Shown here piece after piece: positions 9,955-18,376 of a DNA stretch of 46,375 bases. The notes beneath the pieces were generated by a model. It had not been told where the DNA came from, did not search any database, and was given only the letters and a program-made list of their open reading frames with translations. The stretch covers positions 1 through 46,375 of the forward strand of contig JAHEJV010000004.1 in NCBI GenBank assembly GCA_024638705.1. The letters run 5' to 3'. Within the stretch, counting starts at the first letter, position 1, and each line of letters opens with the position of its first letter. The position numbers were made by a program, and so were the translations under genes. The DNA comes from Deltaproteobacteria bacterium (GTDB lineage: Bacteria; Myxococcota_A; UBA9160; SMWR01).

Positions 9955-11070
9955 TTAGTGGCCGCCCCTCATCGAGAGCACGATCGGCAGTGTCCGCAGC
10001 AGGATCCACAGGTCGTAGAAGAAACCCTGGCGGCGGACGTACTCGAGGTCGAGCCGCAGTCGCTCGTCGAACTCAGCGCTCGCGCGCGCTTCGATCTGCC
10101 AGAGCCCGGTGATGCCGGGCGGCACGTCGAGTCGGGCGGTGTGCCAGGCCTCGTAGTCGTCGGGCGAGAAGGACGTCGGTCGCGGCCCGACGAGACTCAT
10201 CTCACCGCGCAGGACGTTCCAGAGCTGGGGAAGCTCGTCGAGGCTGGTCTTCCGCAACAGCTTTCCGACCGCCGTGATCCGCGGGTCGTCGGGGACCTTG
10301 AAATCGGGCCACTGCAGCTCGTTGAGGTGCGCGAGTTCCTCCTTGAGTGCCTCGGCGTGAGGCACCATGGTCCGGAACTTGAGCATCTCGAAACGCCGCC
10401 CGCCCCGCCCGGTGCGCTCCTGTCGGAACAGCACGGGAGCGCTCGGGGCGGAGAGCCAGATGGCGACCGCGCACAGGAAGACGATCGGCGCCCAGAGCGG
10501 GGCCGCAGCGAGCACCGCCGTGACGTCGAAGCCGCGCTTGAGCCACGCCCCGAAGCGCGTGCGGCGCCTCGGGGCGAGGGGCCAGGTGCCCGCGGCCGGT
10601 CCGATCGAGGCGTCGGCCCGTCGCCCGTAGGTCGCCTCGAGATTGGACCCTGCGAGCTCGATGAGATCCGGGAGCGTGAGGGCCTCTTCGCGGAAGCTGG
10701 CCACTCCGAGAGCCAGTGCGCGCTCGTCCGCTCGCGAGAGGACGCGCTGTCCGAGCTCTTTGGCTCCCTCCTGGGTGGTGGACGGACAGAAGACCAGCCA
10801 GCTTCCGTGTTTTCCCCATCGGGTGAACACGTCGGTCTGCCGCAGCGCACCGGCAATGCACTGCTCCAAATGACCAAACTCACTCGCGTTCTTCGCATGT
10901 CCGGACCGTGCCGACAGCGCCAGGACGCTGAACGGCAGGGCGTGCCGACGGCTGAGGGAGAACAAGACTTCCGCGAGCGCCACGGGTCCGAAGCCCTCCT
11001 GGACGAGCGCCTCCTGCCCGAGATCCACTTTTTCGTTCGAACCAATCAATGTGAGCTCCTGCCGCTGCAT
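9955..11070 (-). CDS. Priming phosphoglycosyl transferase (Bac_transf) with N-terminal degenerate GGDEF-like domain
   Basis: C-terminal [50 protein letters not shown]-terminal ~140 aa follow the GGDEF pattern. Start set at ATG 11070 (GGGAAG upstream) because the TTG at 11100 lies in a sigma54-like promoter. Confidence 0.88.
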   Translation of the reverse strand: MQRQELTLIGSNEKVDLGQEALVQEGFGPVALAEVLFSLSRRHALPFSVLALSARSGHAKNASEFGHLEQCIAGALRQTDVFTRWGKHGSWLVFCPSTTQEGAKELGQRVLSRADERALALGVASFREEALTLPDLIELAGSNLEATYGRRADASIGPAAGTWPLAPRRRTRFGAWLKRGFDVTAVLAAAPLWAPIVFLCAVAIWLSAPSAPVLFRQERTGRGGRRFEMLKFRTMVPHAEALKEELAHLNELQWPDFKVPDDPRITAVGKLLRKTSLDELPQLWNVLRGEMSLVGPRPTSFSPDDYEAWHTARLDVPPGITGLWQIEARASAEFDERLRLDLEYVRRQGFFYDLWILLRTLPIVLSMRGGH

Positions 11071-11094
11071 CTTCCCGCACAACATCATTTCCAC

Positions 11095-11111
11095 TAGCAA
11101 GAAACAGGCCC
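11095..11111 (-). promoter_or_regulatory. Putative sigma54 (-24/-12) promoter for the EPS operon
   Basis: Minus strand reads GGGCCTGTTTCTTGCTA, i.e. GG-N10-GC with TTGCT at -12, about 25 nt upstream of ATG 11070. Confidence 0.55.
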
Positions 11112-11296
11112 GCGAGCGCCTTCGAAACCCCTGTTTCGCCGGCCGGGCGAGGGCAGGGCGAGACTAGGGCTCACGAGCGACGGGGCACGACGCTTTGAGA
11201 GTGGCGCGCGACCTGGTTAGGTGACGCGCCCGAGGGAGAGAAACCGCCGGAAAGGGTCTACCGGTTGCCGGTTTCCGCCACCCGACGGGGATTTTC

Positions 11297-11318
11297 TCCG
11301 ACCCCTGGAGGGGTCGGA
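11297..11318. promoter_or_regulatory. Perfect 10-bp-arm inverted repeat in the divergent promoter region (candidate operator/enhancer site)
   Basis: TCCGACCCCT-GG-AGGGGTCGGA. Confidence 0.4.
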
Positions 11319-11388
11319 ATGGCACTCTCCCGCACGCCGATCGTCCGCGAAGAAGCGGGCGCGGCGCTTTCGCGCATGGGAGAACGAG

Positions 11389-11988
11389 ATGAAGAGCGGA
11401 TTCCTCCTCCACACCGTCGCATTGGGCGTCCTGCTCGGCGCTCTTTCGGGCTGCGCTACGCGCGGCCAGCCCGAGCCGGCCGGAAACGCGGCGACCTTCG
11501 AGGAGACGCCCTACGTGATCGGGGTTCCCGACCTCCTGAGGATCGCCGTGTGGAAGCATCCCGACCTCTCCACCGAGGTTCCGGTGCGCCGCGACGGCAA
11601 GATCTCGGTCCCGCTCCTCGACGACATCCAGGCGGCCGGACTCACCCCCGAAGAGCTCAAGGCGGTGATCACCGAGCGGCTGTCCAGCTCGATTCGGTCC
11701 CCGAACGTCACGGTGATCGTGGTGAGCCCGGAGAGCCAGATGGTCACAGTCGTCGGCGGCGTGGCGCAGTCGGGGCCGATCCCGCTGCGCGGACAGATGG
11801 GCGCCGTGGAGGCCGTCGCCGCGGCGGGCGGCTTCTCCGCGTGGGCGAACACGAGCGACATCCGCGTGATCCGTGTCGTCGAGGGGCGACGCGTTTCCTA
11901 CGCGGTCGACTACGGCGCCTACCTGAACGCGGAACCCGGCTCCGACATCGTGTTGCAGCCGGGCGACGTGGTGGTCGTCCCCGAATAG
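11389..11988 (+). CDS. Short OPX/Wza-family polysaccharide export lipoprotein (Poly_export plus one SLBB domain)
   Basis: Lipobox LSGC, YVIGVPDLL, VRRDGKISVPLL, AAGLT, and ends at LQPGDVVVVPE with no C-terminal OM helix. 199 aa from ATG 11389. Confidence 0.88.
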   Translation: MKSGFLLHTVALGVLLGALSGCATRGQPEPAGNAATFEETPYVIGVPDLLRIAVWKHPDLSTEVPVRRDGKISVPLLDDIQAAGLTPEELKAVITERLSSSIRSPNVTVIVVSPESQMVTVVGGVAQSGPIPLRGQMGAVEAVAAAGGFSAWANTSDIRVIRVVEGRRVSYAVDYGAYLNAEPGSDIVLQPGDVVVVPE

Positions 11989-11996
11989 CCCGCTGC

Positions 11997-13478
11997 ATGC
12001 GTCTCCGTCTCCTCTCGATCCCGCTGGGCGCACTCGTGCTCGCGACGACACCCGTGCACGCGGACCGTCTGATCCTTTCGATCGAGCAGGACGTGACGCA
12101 CCAGAGCAACCTCTTCAAGACGCCCGACGACGAGGAGTCGGACGCCTACTACCGCGTCCGTCCGGGCGTCGCGTTCCAGGGCGAGGAGAGCACGTTCCGC
12201 TACGACCTCGTCTACCGACCCTCGTTCGATTTCTACTTCGACAACAGCGACCTCGATGACGACAGCCACTACGGACGCGGAAAGCTGTCGTGGAAACCGA
12301 TGGCGAATGGCGAGCTGACCCTGGGCGGGGAGGTCTCTCACTACCGCACCGTTCGTTCCGACGACGTGGAGGGGGACGGCGTTCCCGACGCTCTCTCGGG
12401 GCGCGACGGTCGCGTGACGAAGGCGGTCGCCGATTTCGGTTACGAGCACTACGTACAGCGCGACTGGATCGCAGCGACCCACGCGGGCGTGCAGAGCTAC
12501 ACGTTCACGGACCGCGAGAGCGCGGACAGCCTCGGCTTCGACGGTGAGGCGAGTCTGATCCACGAACTCCGACCCAATCTCGCTCTCGGCGGTCTCCTGT
12601 TCGGAAGCCAACGCAGCTTCGACGAACAGCAGACCAGCGGGACGCCGCGTTCCCGAAACCTCGTGTTGAACGGCAGTCTGGTGTTGCGTGCGGAGCCGTT
12701 TCGATCCACGACGTTCGAGGTGCGAGGGGGGCCCGCGCTGATCGCGGTCTTCAACGACGGTCGCGACCGCGGTGCCACCGTCGATCGTTTTCGCGGCACC
12801 GACGCCGGGCCGAATACCACGGCGGCCGTCTTCGATCCGGCGCGTTGCGCGACGGTGAACGGGCAGTTTGCGCTCGCGAATTGTCCGGTCGAACCGGCTC
12901 CCGCCGCAGCCGGCCAGCTCGGCCAGCGGAGCTTCGTCGAATACGACCCGGGAACGCGTCCTCGCGCCGACGATGAGGTCGAGGTGACGGGCTTCGTCCA
13001 GGCGCTCCTGCGGCGCGAGGATCGCTGGGGGGAAGCGAGCGTCGAGTACTCCCGCTGGGAGGAAGCCTCGGCGGGGATCAGCGCCACCACGATCCGCGAT
13101 TCGGTGACGGGCACCGTGCAGTTCGAGCCCGGCGACTGGGTCATCCGCGCCCGGGCGAACTGGAACCAGCGCGAGGACGTGACACGGGTGGTGCGCAGCG
13201 TGGTCAGGGCGGGGCCGAGCCCGGTGCCCTCGGCCGGCCCCTTCTTCGTGGCCGAGGCCAACGGGCTGGTTCCGGACAGTACCACGGCGCGCATTACGCA
13301 GTACTGGGTCGACCTCCAGGTGACGCGCTACTTCCTCGAAGATCGTCTGGCGATCGAGGTCGGCGGCCGCTACGTGAAGCAGGACCGAAGCGGCTTCGGG
13401 GCCTCGGTCGATTTCGACAACACGATCGGCACGGTCGGCCTCCGTTACGAGTTCCGACCGGTTCACTACCTGCAGTAG
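11997..13478 (+). CDS. Outer-membrane beta-barrel, probable EPS translocon partner of the short OPX (EpsX/Wzp-like)
   Basis: Signal peptide ending VHA, 'SNLF' N-terminal motif, alternating amphipathic strands, terminal strand VGLRYEF. Starts 8 nt after the OPX stop. Confidence 0.7.
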   Translation: MRLRLLSIPLGALVLATTPVHADRLILSIEQDVTHQSNLFKTPDDEESDAYYRVRPGVAFQGEESTFRYDLVYRPSFDFYFDNSDLDDDSHYGRGKLSWKPMANGELTLGGEVSHYRTVRSDDVEGDGVPDALSGRDGRVTKAVADFGYEHYVQRDWIAATHAGVQSYTFTDRESADSLGFDGEASLIHELRPNLALGGLLFGSQRSFDEQQTSGTPRSRNLVLNGSLVLRAEPFRSTTFEVRGGPALIAVFNDGRDRGATVDRFRGTDAGPNTTAAVFDPARCATVNGQFALANCPVEPAPAAAGQLGQRSFVEYDPGTRPRADDEVEVTGFVQALLRREDRWGEASVEYSRWEEASAGISATTIRDSVTGTVQFEPGDWVIRARANWNQREDVTRVVRSVVRAGPSPVPSAGPFFVAEANGLVPDSTTARITQYWVDLQVTRYFLEDRLAIEVGGRYVKQDRSGFGASVDFDNTIGTVGLRYEFRPVHYLQ

Positions 13479-13644
13479 GAGCGCTCATGATAGGCGTCTC
13501 CGTGCGGGAGTTTGGGTGGACACATGCAGGCGGATTGCCGCTTCGCGGTGGCTTCGCGTTCGGCACGGCGCGAAGATATTCCCGCGTTCCGGGCGCCCGT
13601 ACGGAAGGGCGTCGGGGTAGAGTGGGCGCCCGCTCGAGTCGTCC

Positions 13645-15282
13645 ATGCTGAACCCGTCTCCCGATCCCACCGAAGCCTCCGATTCGCCCGCCAGCGCGGT
13701 GCGGCGTGTCGGGTGGAAGCGCCTGCTGCTCGGGCTGTTGCTCGCGCTCGCGTTGGGACCCGCGTGCAGCTACTCGGACAGCGGCAGTGGCGGCGACGCG
13801 GCACTGGCAGCGAATTGCGTCGCGGGCCAGTCCTGCACGGCCGCGGGCGTCGGTGTGTGCAGCCAAGGCCTGACGCGCTGCCCGGATGGAAGCGGCGGTG
13901 CCGTGCAGTGCGCTGCGATCTTCGGCCCGAGCTCGGAGGTCTGCGATGGCGCGGACAACGACTGCGACGGCCGTTCCGACGAGGACATCCCGGATCAGAG
14001 CAGCGGGAGTGACGTCGGCCAGTGTCAGCCGCAGATCCTGTCCTGCAGGATGGGCTCGTTCGTCGAGATCCAGGAGCGGATCGATCCGCAGCCCGAGATC
14101 TGTGGGGACCGCATCGATCAGGACTGCGACGGATCCGACTGCGCCTCGCCACCCGTCGTCACGCTCGTCTCGCCGGCCCCCGGGTCCCGGTTGAACGAGG
14201 GCGCGCAGATCGTGATCGCAGCCACAGCAAGCGACGCCGATGGGATCGACCGCGTAGAGTTCCGGGTCGACGGGGTGCTCGAGGGGACCGACCGCAACGC
14301 GCCCTACCAGATCTCCTACACGGTTCCCTTCGGCGTGAGCGCGATCGGGATCGAGGCGCGCGCCGTGGACCGCGCGGGGTTCGACGCGAGCACCGGCGAG
14401 CAGCGCTTTCCGGTGGATCCCGATCCGGGCACGACGGTCGTCGGACGCGTCGTCGATCCGAGCGGCGCCTCGTTCGCGGGCGCCGTCGTGCGCATCCGGG
14501 GAGTCACGGGCGTGTCGGATACCACCGGGGCGGATGGTCGCTTCTCGATGGCGTCGCCCACGTCCCAGGAGATCGTGGTCGAGGTGCGGCGCCCGGGTTC
14601 GTCGCGGGTGATCGGCACCTCGGATCCGACGCCGCCCGTGCCCGGCGGCGTCACCGACGTGGGTACGATCCTCGCCGCCCGTTTCGGTTTCGAGAACGAT
14701 CTCGGCCTCGACCTCGACCTCGAAGACGACGAGGCCGAGCGCGTCACATTCGGGTCGGGCTTCGTCTTCCCGTTCTACGGCTCTCGCTATGGCCAGGTGT
14801 TCGTGAGCTCGAACGGGCGCCTCACCTTCTCCTTCGCCGACGACGAGGAGGACGAATCGGTCTCGGCTTTCGACACCCAGCCGGGCATCGCGCCGCTCTT
14901 CGCCGACCTCGATCCGGAAGGCGGCAACGGCGGCGTGTTCGTGCTGCAGGAGGCCGATCGGCTCGTCGTCACCTTCCGCGAAGTGGTCGTGCGCCAGAAC
15001 CGGCGCGACACCTTCCAGGTGATCCTCTACGACACCGGGGTCATCCAGATCGGGTTCGCCGCGGACGACGCGCGCGACGGGATCGTCGGGATCACACCCG
15101 GGTCTTCTCCCGCGACGGTCGAAAGCGATTTCAGCGACGATCCGCCGTTCACCGGCGGATCGGGGAGCATGATCTACGAGCGCTTCCAGGGCGGCGGAGA
15201 TCGCTTCGACATCGATGGCCGCTTCCTGCTCTTCGAGCCGACCGGTGCGGCCTACCGCGTGCAGAACGTCGCCACCGACTAG
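13645..15282 (+). CDS. Cys-rich multidomain surface lipoprotein (MopE-like repeats, bacterial Ig-like, carboxypeptidase-regulatory-like and NIDO-like domains)
   Basis: Hydrophobic signal ending LGPAC; EVCDGADNDCDG and EICGDRIDQDCDG; ASDADGIDRVEFRVDG...APY; GRVVD..G...TGADGRF; FPFYG...VSSNG...IAPLFADLD. Confidence 0.75.
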   Translation: MLNPSPDPTEASDSPASAVRRVGWKRLLLGLLLALALGPACSYSDSGSGGDAALAANCVAGQSCTAAGVGVCSQGLTRCPDGSGGAVQCAAIFGPSSEVCDGADNDCDGRSDEDIPDQSSGSDVGQCQPQILSCRMGSFVEIQERIDPQPEICGDRIDQDCDGSDCASPPVVTLVSPAPGSRLNEGAQIVIAATASDADGIDRVEFRVDGVLEGTDRNAPYQISYTVPFGVSAIGIEARAVDRAGFDASTGEQRFPVDPDPGTTVVGRVVDPSGASFAGAVVRIRGVTGVSDTTGADGRFSMASPTSQEIVVEVRRPGSSRVIGTSDPTPPVPGGVTDVGTILAARFGFENDLGLDLDLEDDEAERVTFGSGFVFPFYGSRYGQVFVSSNGRLTFSFADDEEDESVSAFDTQPGIAPLFADLDPEGGNGGVFVLQEADRLVVTFREVVVRQNRRDTFQVILYDTGVIQIGFAADDARDGIVGITPGSSPATVESDFSDDPPFTGGSGSMIYERFQGGGDRFDIDGRFLLFEPTGAAYRVQNVATD

Positions 15283-15384
15283 AATCGGGGTCGCGTGCCA
15301 GGGAAGGGTGAGCGTGATCACGCCATCGAGGGGCTCGTCTGCCGTATACGGTGAGGGATGCACGGACGTGAAGAGGTGCGGACG

Positions 15385-16668
15385 ATGAGATGCGGCCGGT
15401 CGGGGCGATCGCGCCGTCGGACCGCCGCGCTCGGACTCCTCCTCGCCGGGGCGGCGGCGCAGCTGGCGGTGTCGAGCGCGCTCGCGGACAGCGGTCTCGT
15501 GGCGACCACTTCGCTCGCCGCGCTCCAGCAGGCTGCGGAGAACGGAAACGAGCCCGAGGCGGACTGGGTCGCGCGGCTGCTCGAGGACGCGCGGCGCAGC
15601 TGGCGCTGGGGGAGCGTGTCCGGCGCGTTCGTGACCTCGGGACCGACCTACAGCAAGAGCTGCCATCCCGCGAACGATCCGCTGCGGACGAAATACCTCA
15701 AGGAAGGCGCACCCGACGCATACGCCCAGGTTCTCGGTGCGCATCTCGCCTCCGAGGAGGCGCTGGCGGAGCGGGCGCGCTTGCGCGTCCTCGAACTCGT
15801 CGACACGCATTCCTTCGCCGGTCTCACGGGGGACTACGGCGGGGACAACCAGTGCATCCTCGAGCTGGCGATCTCGATCCCGGTCTGGATCGCGACCGCA
15901 AGGCTCCTCGAGTCGACGACCGTGTGGTCCGAGGCCGATCGCGACACGTTCCAGGCCTGGCTCGCCGCGCATGTGTATCCGAAGGTCGCGTGGGCGAGCC
16001 GGACGCGCGCCAACAACTGGGGGGCTGCAGGCTCGCTCGCCGCCTGGGCAATCGCCCGTTACACCGATGGCGCGATCGCCACGCTCGAGGAAGAGGCTCC
16101 CACGTCTCGCTCCCTGGCGCCGGGGGAGGCGATGGCCGAACACATGGCGCTCCAGCGCTCGCGCATGAACGGGGAGTTCGTCGGAGATGCGCGCTGTACA
16201 CGACACGGTGTTCAACCGTATGGCGGCCTCCCCGAAGAGCTCCGCCGCGGGGCGACCGGCTGCGACGGTCTCTTCCTCGAGTCCGACGACAGCTCTCTCA
16301 CCTATCAAGCGATGCACGTCGAGGTGCTCGTCCTGCATGCGGAGCTCGCGCGTTGGGATGGGGATCCCTCTCTCTACGAGGCGACCACCGCGCCTGGGAA
16401 GCCGGCCCTCCTCGAGGCGATCCGGTTCGTGATCGCGAACGCGGTCGCGGGTGGGAACTCGTGGCCGTGGCCGCAATCGCGTCTCGGAACCCTCATCGTC
16501 GCATCCACCTACTACGACGACGCCGAGCTCGCGGCCGAGGCGGCTCGTGACGGAACCTTCCGCGCCGGCCGCACGCTGCCCTACGCACGGATCACCCACG
16601 GCAGCACCACCGCGCGCCGCGCGGCGGATCTCGGAGTCCCGGGAAAACCGCGCGTGGTCGAACGCTGA
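15385..16668 (+). CDS. Secreted alginate-lyase-like (alpha/alpha toroid) polysaccharide lyase
   Basis: Signal peptide ending ALA, 'WSEADRDTFQAWL', RANNWG, GGLPEELRRG, LTYQ, 'LY....GKP.LL.AI.F'. These match the Alginate_lyase family layout. Confidence 0.65.
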   Translation: MRCGRSGRSRRRTAALGLLLAGAAAQLAVSSALADSGLVATTSLAALQQAAENGNEPEADWVARLLEDARRSWRWGSVSGAFVTSGPTYSKSCHPANDPLRTKYLKEGAPDAYAQVLGAHLASEEALAERARLRVLELVDTHSFAGLTGDYGGDNQCILELAISIPVWIATARLLESTTVWSEADRDTFQAWLAAHVYPKVAWASRTRANNWGAAGSLAAWAIARYTDGAIATLEEEAPTSRSLAPGEAMAEHMALQRSRMNGEFVGDARCTRHGVQPYGGLPEELRRGATGCDGLFLESDDSSLTYQAMHVEVLVLHAELARWDGDPSLYEATTAPGKPALLEAIRFVIANAVAGGNSWPWPQSRLGTLIVASTYYDDAELAAEAARDGTFRAGRTLPYARITHGSTTARRAADLGVPGKPRVVER

Positions 16669-16690
16669 TCGAGGCGTGCCGTGGCCGAGG

Positions 16691-17506
16691 TCAGGACTCG
16701 GTCGCCGGGAGCGCGGTCGTCTCGTGCCGCGAGAGTGCGCGCCCGGCGGCACTGCGGACGCTGGCGTCGGCGTCGGATGTCGCCTCGCGGAGCGCATCGC
16801 GCACCGCCTCGGGCGGGTGGCCGAGGGTCGCGATGGCGGTCGCGGCGGTGCGACGGCAGATCGGATCTTCGTGCTTGGTCAGTGCGCTCCCGAGCTGAGC
16901 CCAGACTTCGGGGGTGTCCTGTCGCAGCCCGGCGAGTCCGGTCAACGCGAGTCGCACGAGACCGACATCCGTGTCCCGGCACGCCTCGAGATGCACGAGC
17001 AGGGTTTCGGGGGTCCCGGGCGCGAGCTCGCGCAGCGCGGTGAGCGCGATGCGCCGCACCTCCGGTGGGCGGGACGGCGCGGCGAGACCGATGACGACCG
17101 GCGCCACCTCGCCGTGGATGCGCCCGAGCTCGACGAGCAGTCGCGCGGCGCGCCAGCGGGCGTCGCCCCGTGCGTGTTCCAGACCGGATACGACCGCGGG
17201 CAGGAGCTTCACCGGCGGCGGCTCGAGTCGCGCCCACGCCCAGGCGGCTTCGAGCCGATGGCGCGGATCGTCGCTGCGCAGCGCCGGGGAGAGGGCGGTG
17301 AGCACCGCGTCGTCGTCCTGCTGGCGGCCGATGCGTTCGAGCGCGTGCGTCGCGGCGCGCACCACCTCGATGTCGCGGTCCGCCAGCGCGCCGACGAGGG
17401 CGTCGACGAGCAGCACCGCCGACGGATCCTCGATCGCCGCCCGGCACGCCGCGCGTCGCTCGTCCGCGTCGCCGCTCGCGAGGGCGGCCACGATCGGGTG
17501 GGTCAC
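16691..17506 (-). CDS. HEAT-repeat protein
   Basis: Repeated L.D.D..VR.AA..AL helical units. GTG 17506 in a GTGA overlap with the MBL gene stop. Confidence 0.75.
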   Translation of the reverse strand: MTHPIVAALASGDADERRAACRAAIEDPSAVLLVDALVGALADRDIEVVRAATHALERIGRQQDDDAVLTALSPALRSDDPRHRLEAAWAWARLEPPPVKLLPAVVSGLEHARGDARWRAARLLVELGRIHGEVAPVVIGLAAPSRPPEVRRIALTALRELAPGTPETLLVHLEACRDTDVGLVRLALTGLAGLRQDTPEVWAQLGSALTKHEDPICRRTAATAIATLGHPPEAVRDALREATSDADASVRSAAGRALSRHETTALPATES

Positions 17507-18372
17507 ACCCGTTCCCAGCGCGCCTCGATCGGCACGTCGCCTTCGCGCCGCGCGCGGCCCTCGCGTTCGAGCTTTTGGAGGTGGGAGCAGACCGAGGAGC
17601 GCGCCGGCAGATGGAAGGCTTCGGGATAGGCGGCGTAGACCACCGCCACGATGTCCTGGATGCGGGCGTTTCCCGCGCTCATCGCTTCGAGGATCTGCTC
17701 CTCGCGCGCGTTGCGGTGGGCGATGTACTCCTGGAGCTTCGCGGTGCCGTCGGCGATCTTCGGCCCGTGTGCGGGATAGATCACGGTCGGCTCCTCGGCG
17801 AGCAGCCGTTCGAGCGAGTTCATGTAGTCGAGGAGGTCGCCGCCTTCGGCGGGGATCACCGTGGTGCCGACGCCGAGCACGTTGTCGCCGGAGAAGATGG
17901 ATCGCTCCTCCTCGAGGACATAACAGAGGTGGTCCTCCGCGTGGCCGGGGGTGTGCAGCGCGCGCAGCGTGGCGCCTTCGGTCTCGATCACGGCGCCGTC
18001 GGCGATCGGTGTGATCTCGACCGCGTGTCCGGCGTCGAAGCCCGAGTGGGGAAGCTTCGAGACGCGCAGGGCGCCGTGGGCGTCCTGGACGTCGCGCGCG
18101 CCGCCGATGTGATCGGGATGACCGTGGGTGAGGACGATCTCCTGGATGCGGCAGCCGGCGCGTTCGAGCGCCTGCTCGAGGACGGGGAGATAGGCGCCGA
18201 CGCCCTGGCCGGTGTCGAGCAGGATGCGCTCCTCGCCGGTACCGACGAGGTAGGTGTTCGTCCCGGGCCCGGTGAACATGTTCGGGTTCTGCCCGAGCGC
18301 GACGACGACGCGCTCCGACCACACGTCCACGTCGGGCATCTCGAGGCCCAGCATCACTTCGGGCTTGCTCAT
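17503..18372 (-). CDS. MBL-fold metallohydrolase, LACTB2-like
   Basis: GTNTYLVG, LLDTG, THGHPDHIGG, HTPGHAEDH, FSGD, PAHG, and a C-terminal winged-helix-like end (HLQKLEREG). Confidence 0.88.
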   Translation of the reverse strand: MSKPEVMLGLEMPDVDVWSERVVVALGQNPNMFTGPGTNTYLVGTGEERILLDTGQGVGAYLPVLEQALERAGCRIQEIVLTHGHPDHIGGARDVQDAHGALRVSKLPHSGFDAGHAVEITPIADGAVIETEGATLRALHTPGHAEDHLCYVLEEERSIFSGDNVLGVGTTVIPAEGGDLLDYMNSLERLLAEEPTVIYPAHGPKIADGTAKLQEYIAHRNAREEQILEAMSAGNARIQDIVAVVYAAYPEAFHLPARSSVCSHLQKLEREGRARREGDVPIEARWERV

Positions 18373-18376
18373 TCGA

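Noticed and set aside
11320-11334. TGGCAC sigma54-like site upstream of the OPX gene
   Set aside because: GG-to-GC spacing is 9 nt rather than the required 10.
13294-16797. 1167-aa minus-strand ORF, and the many other Arg/Ala/Pro-rich overlapping ORFs in the track
   Set aside because: Shadow ORFs of high-GC coding regions with no motifs. The opposite or alternative frames hold recognisable genes.
17503-18372. Metallo-beta-lactamase resistance gene
   Set aside because: No signal peptide, and the motifs fit the LACTB2-like cytoplasmic hydrolases.
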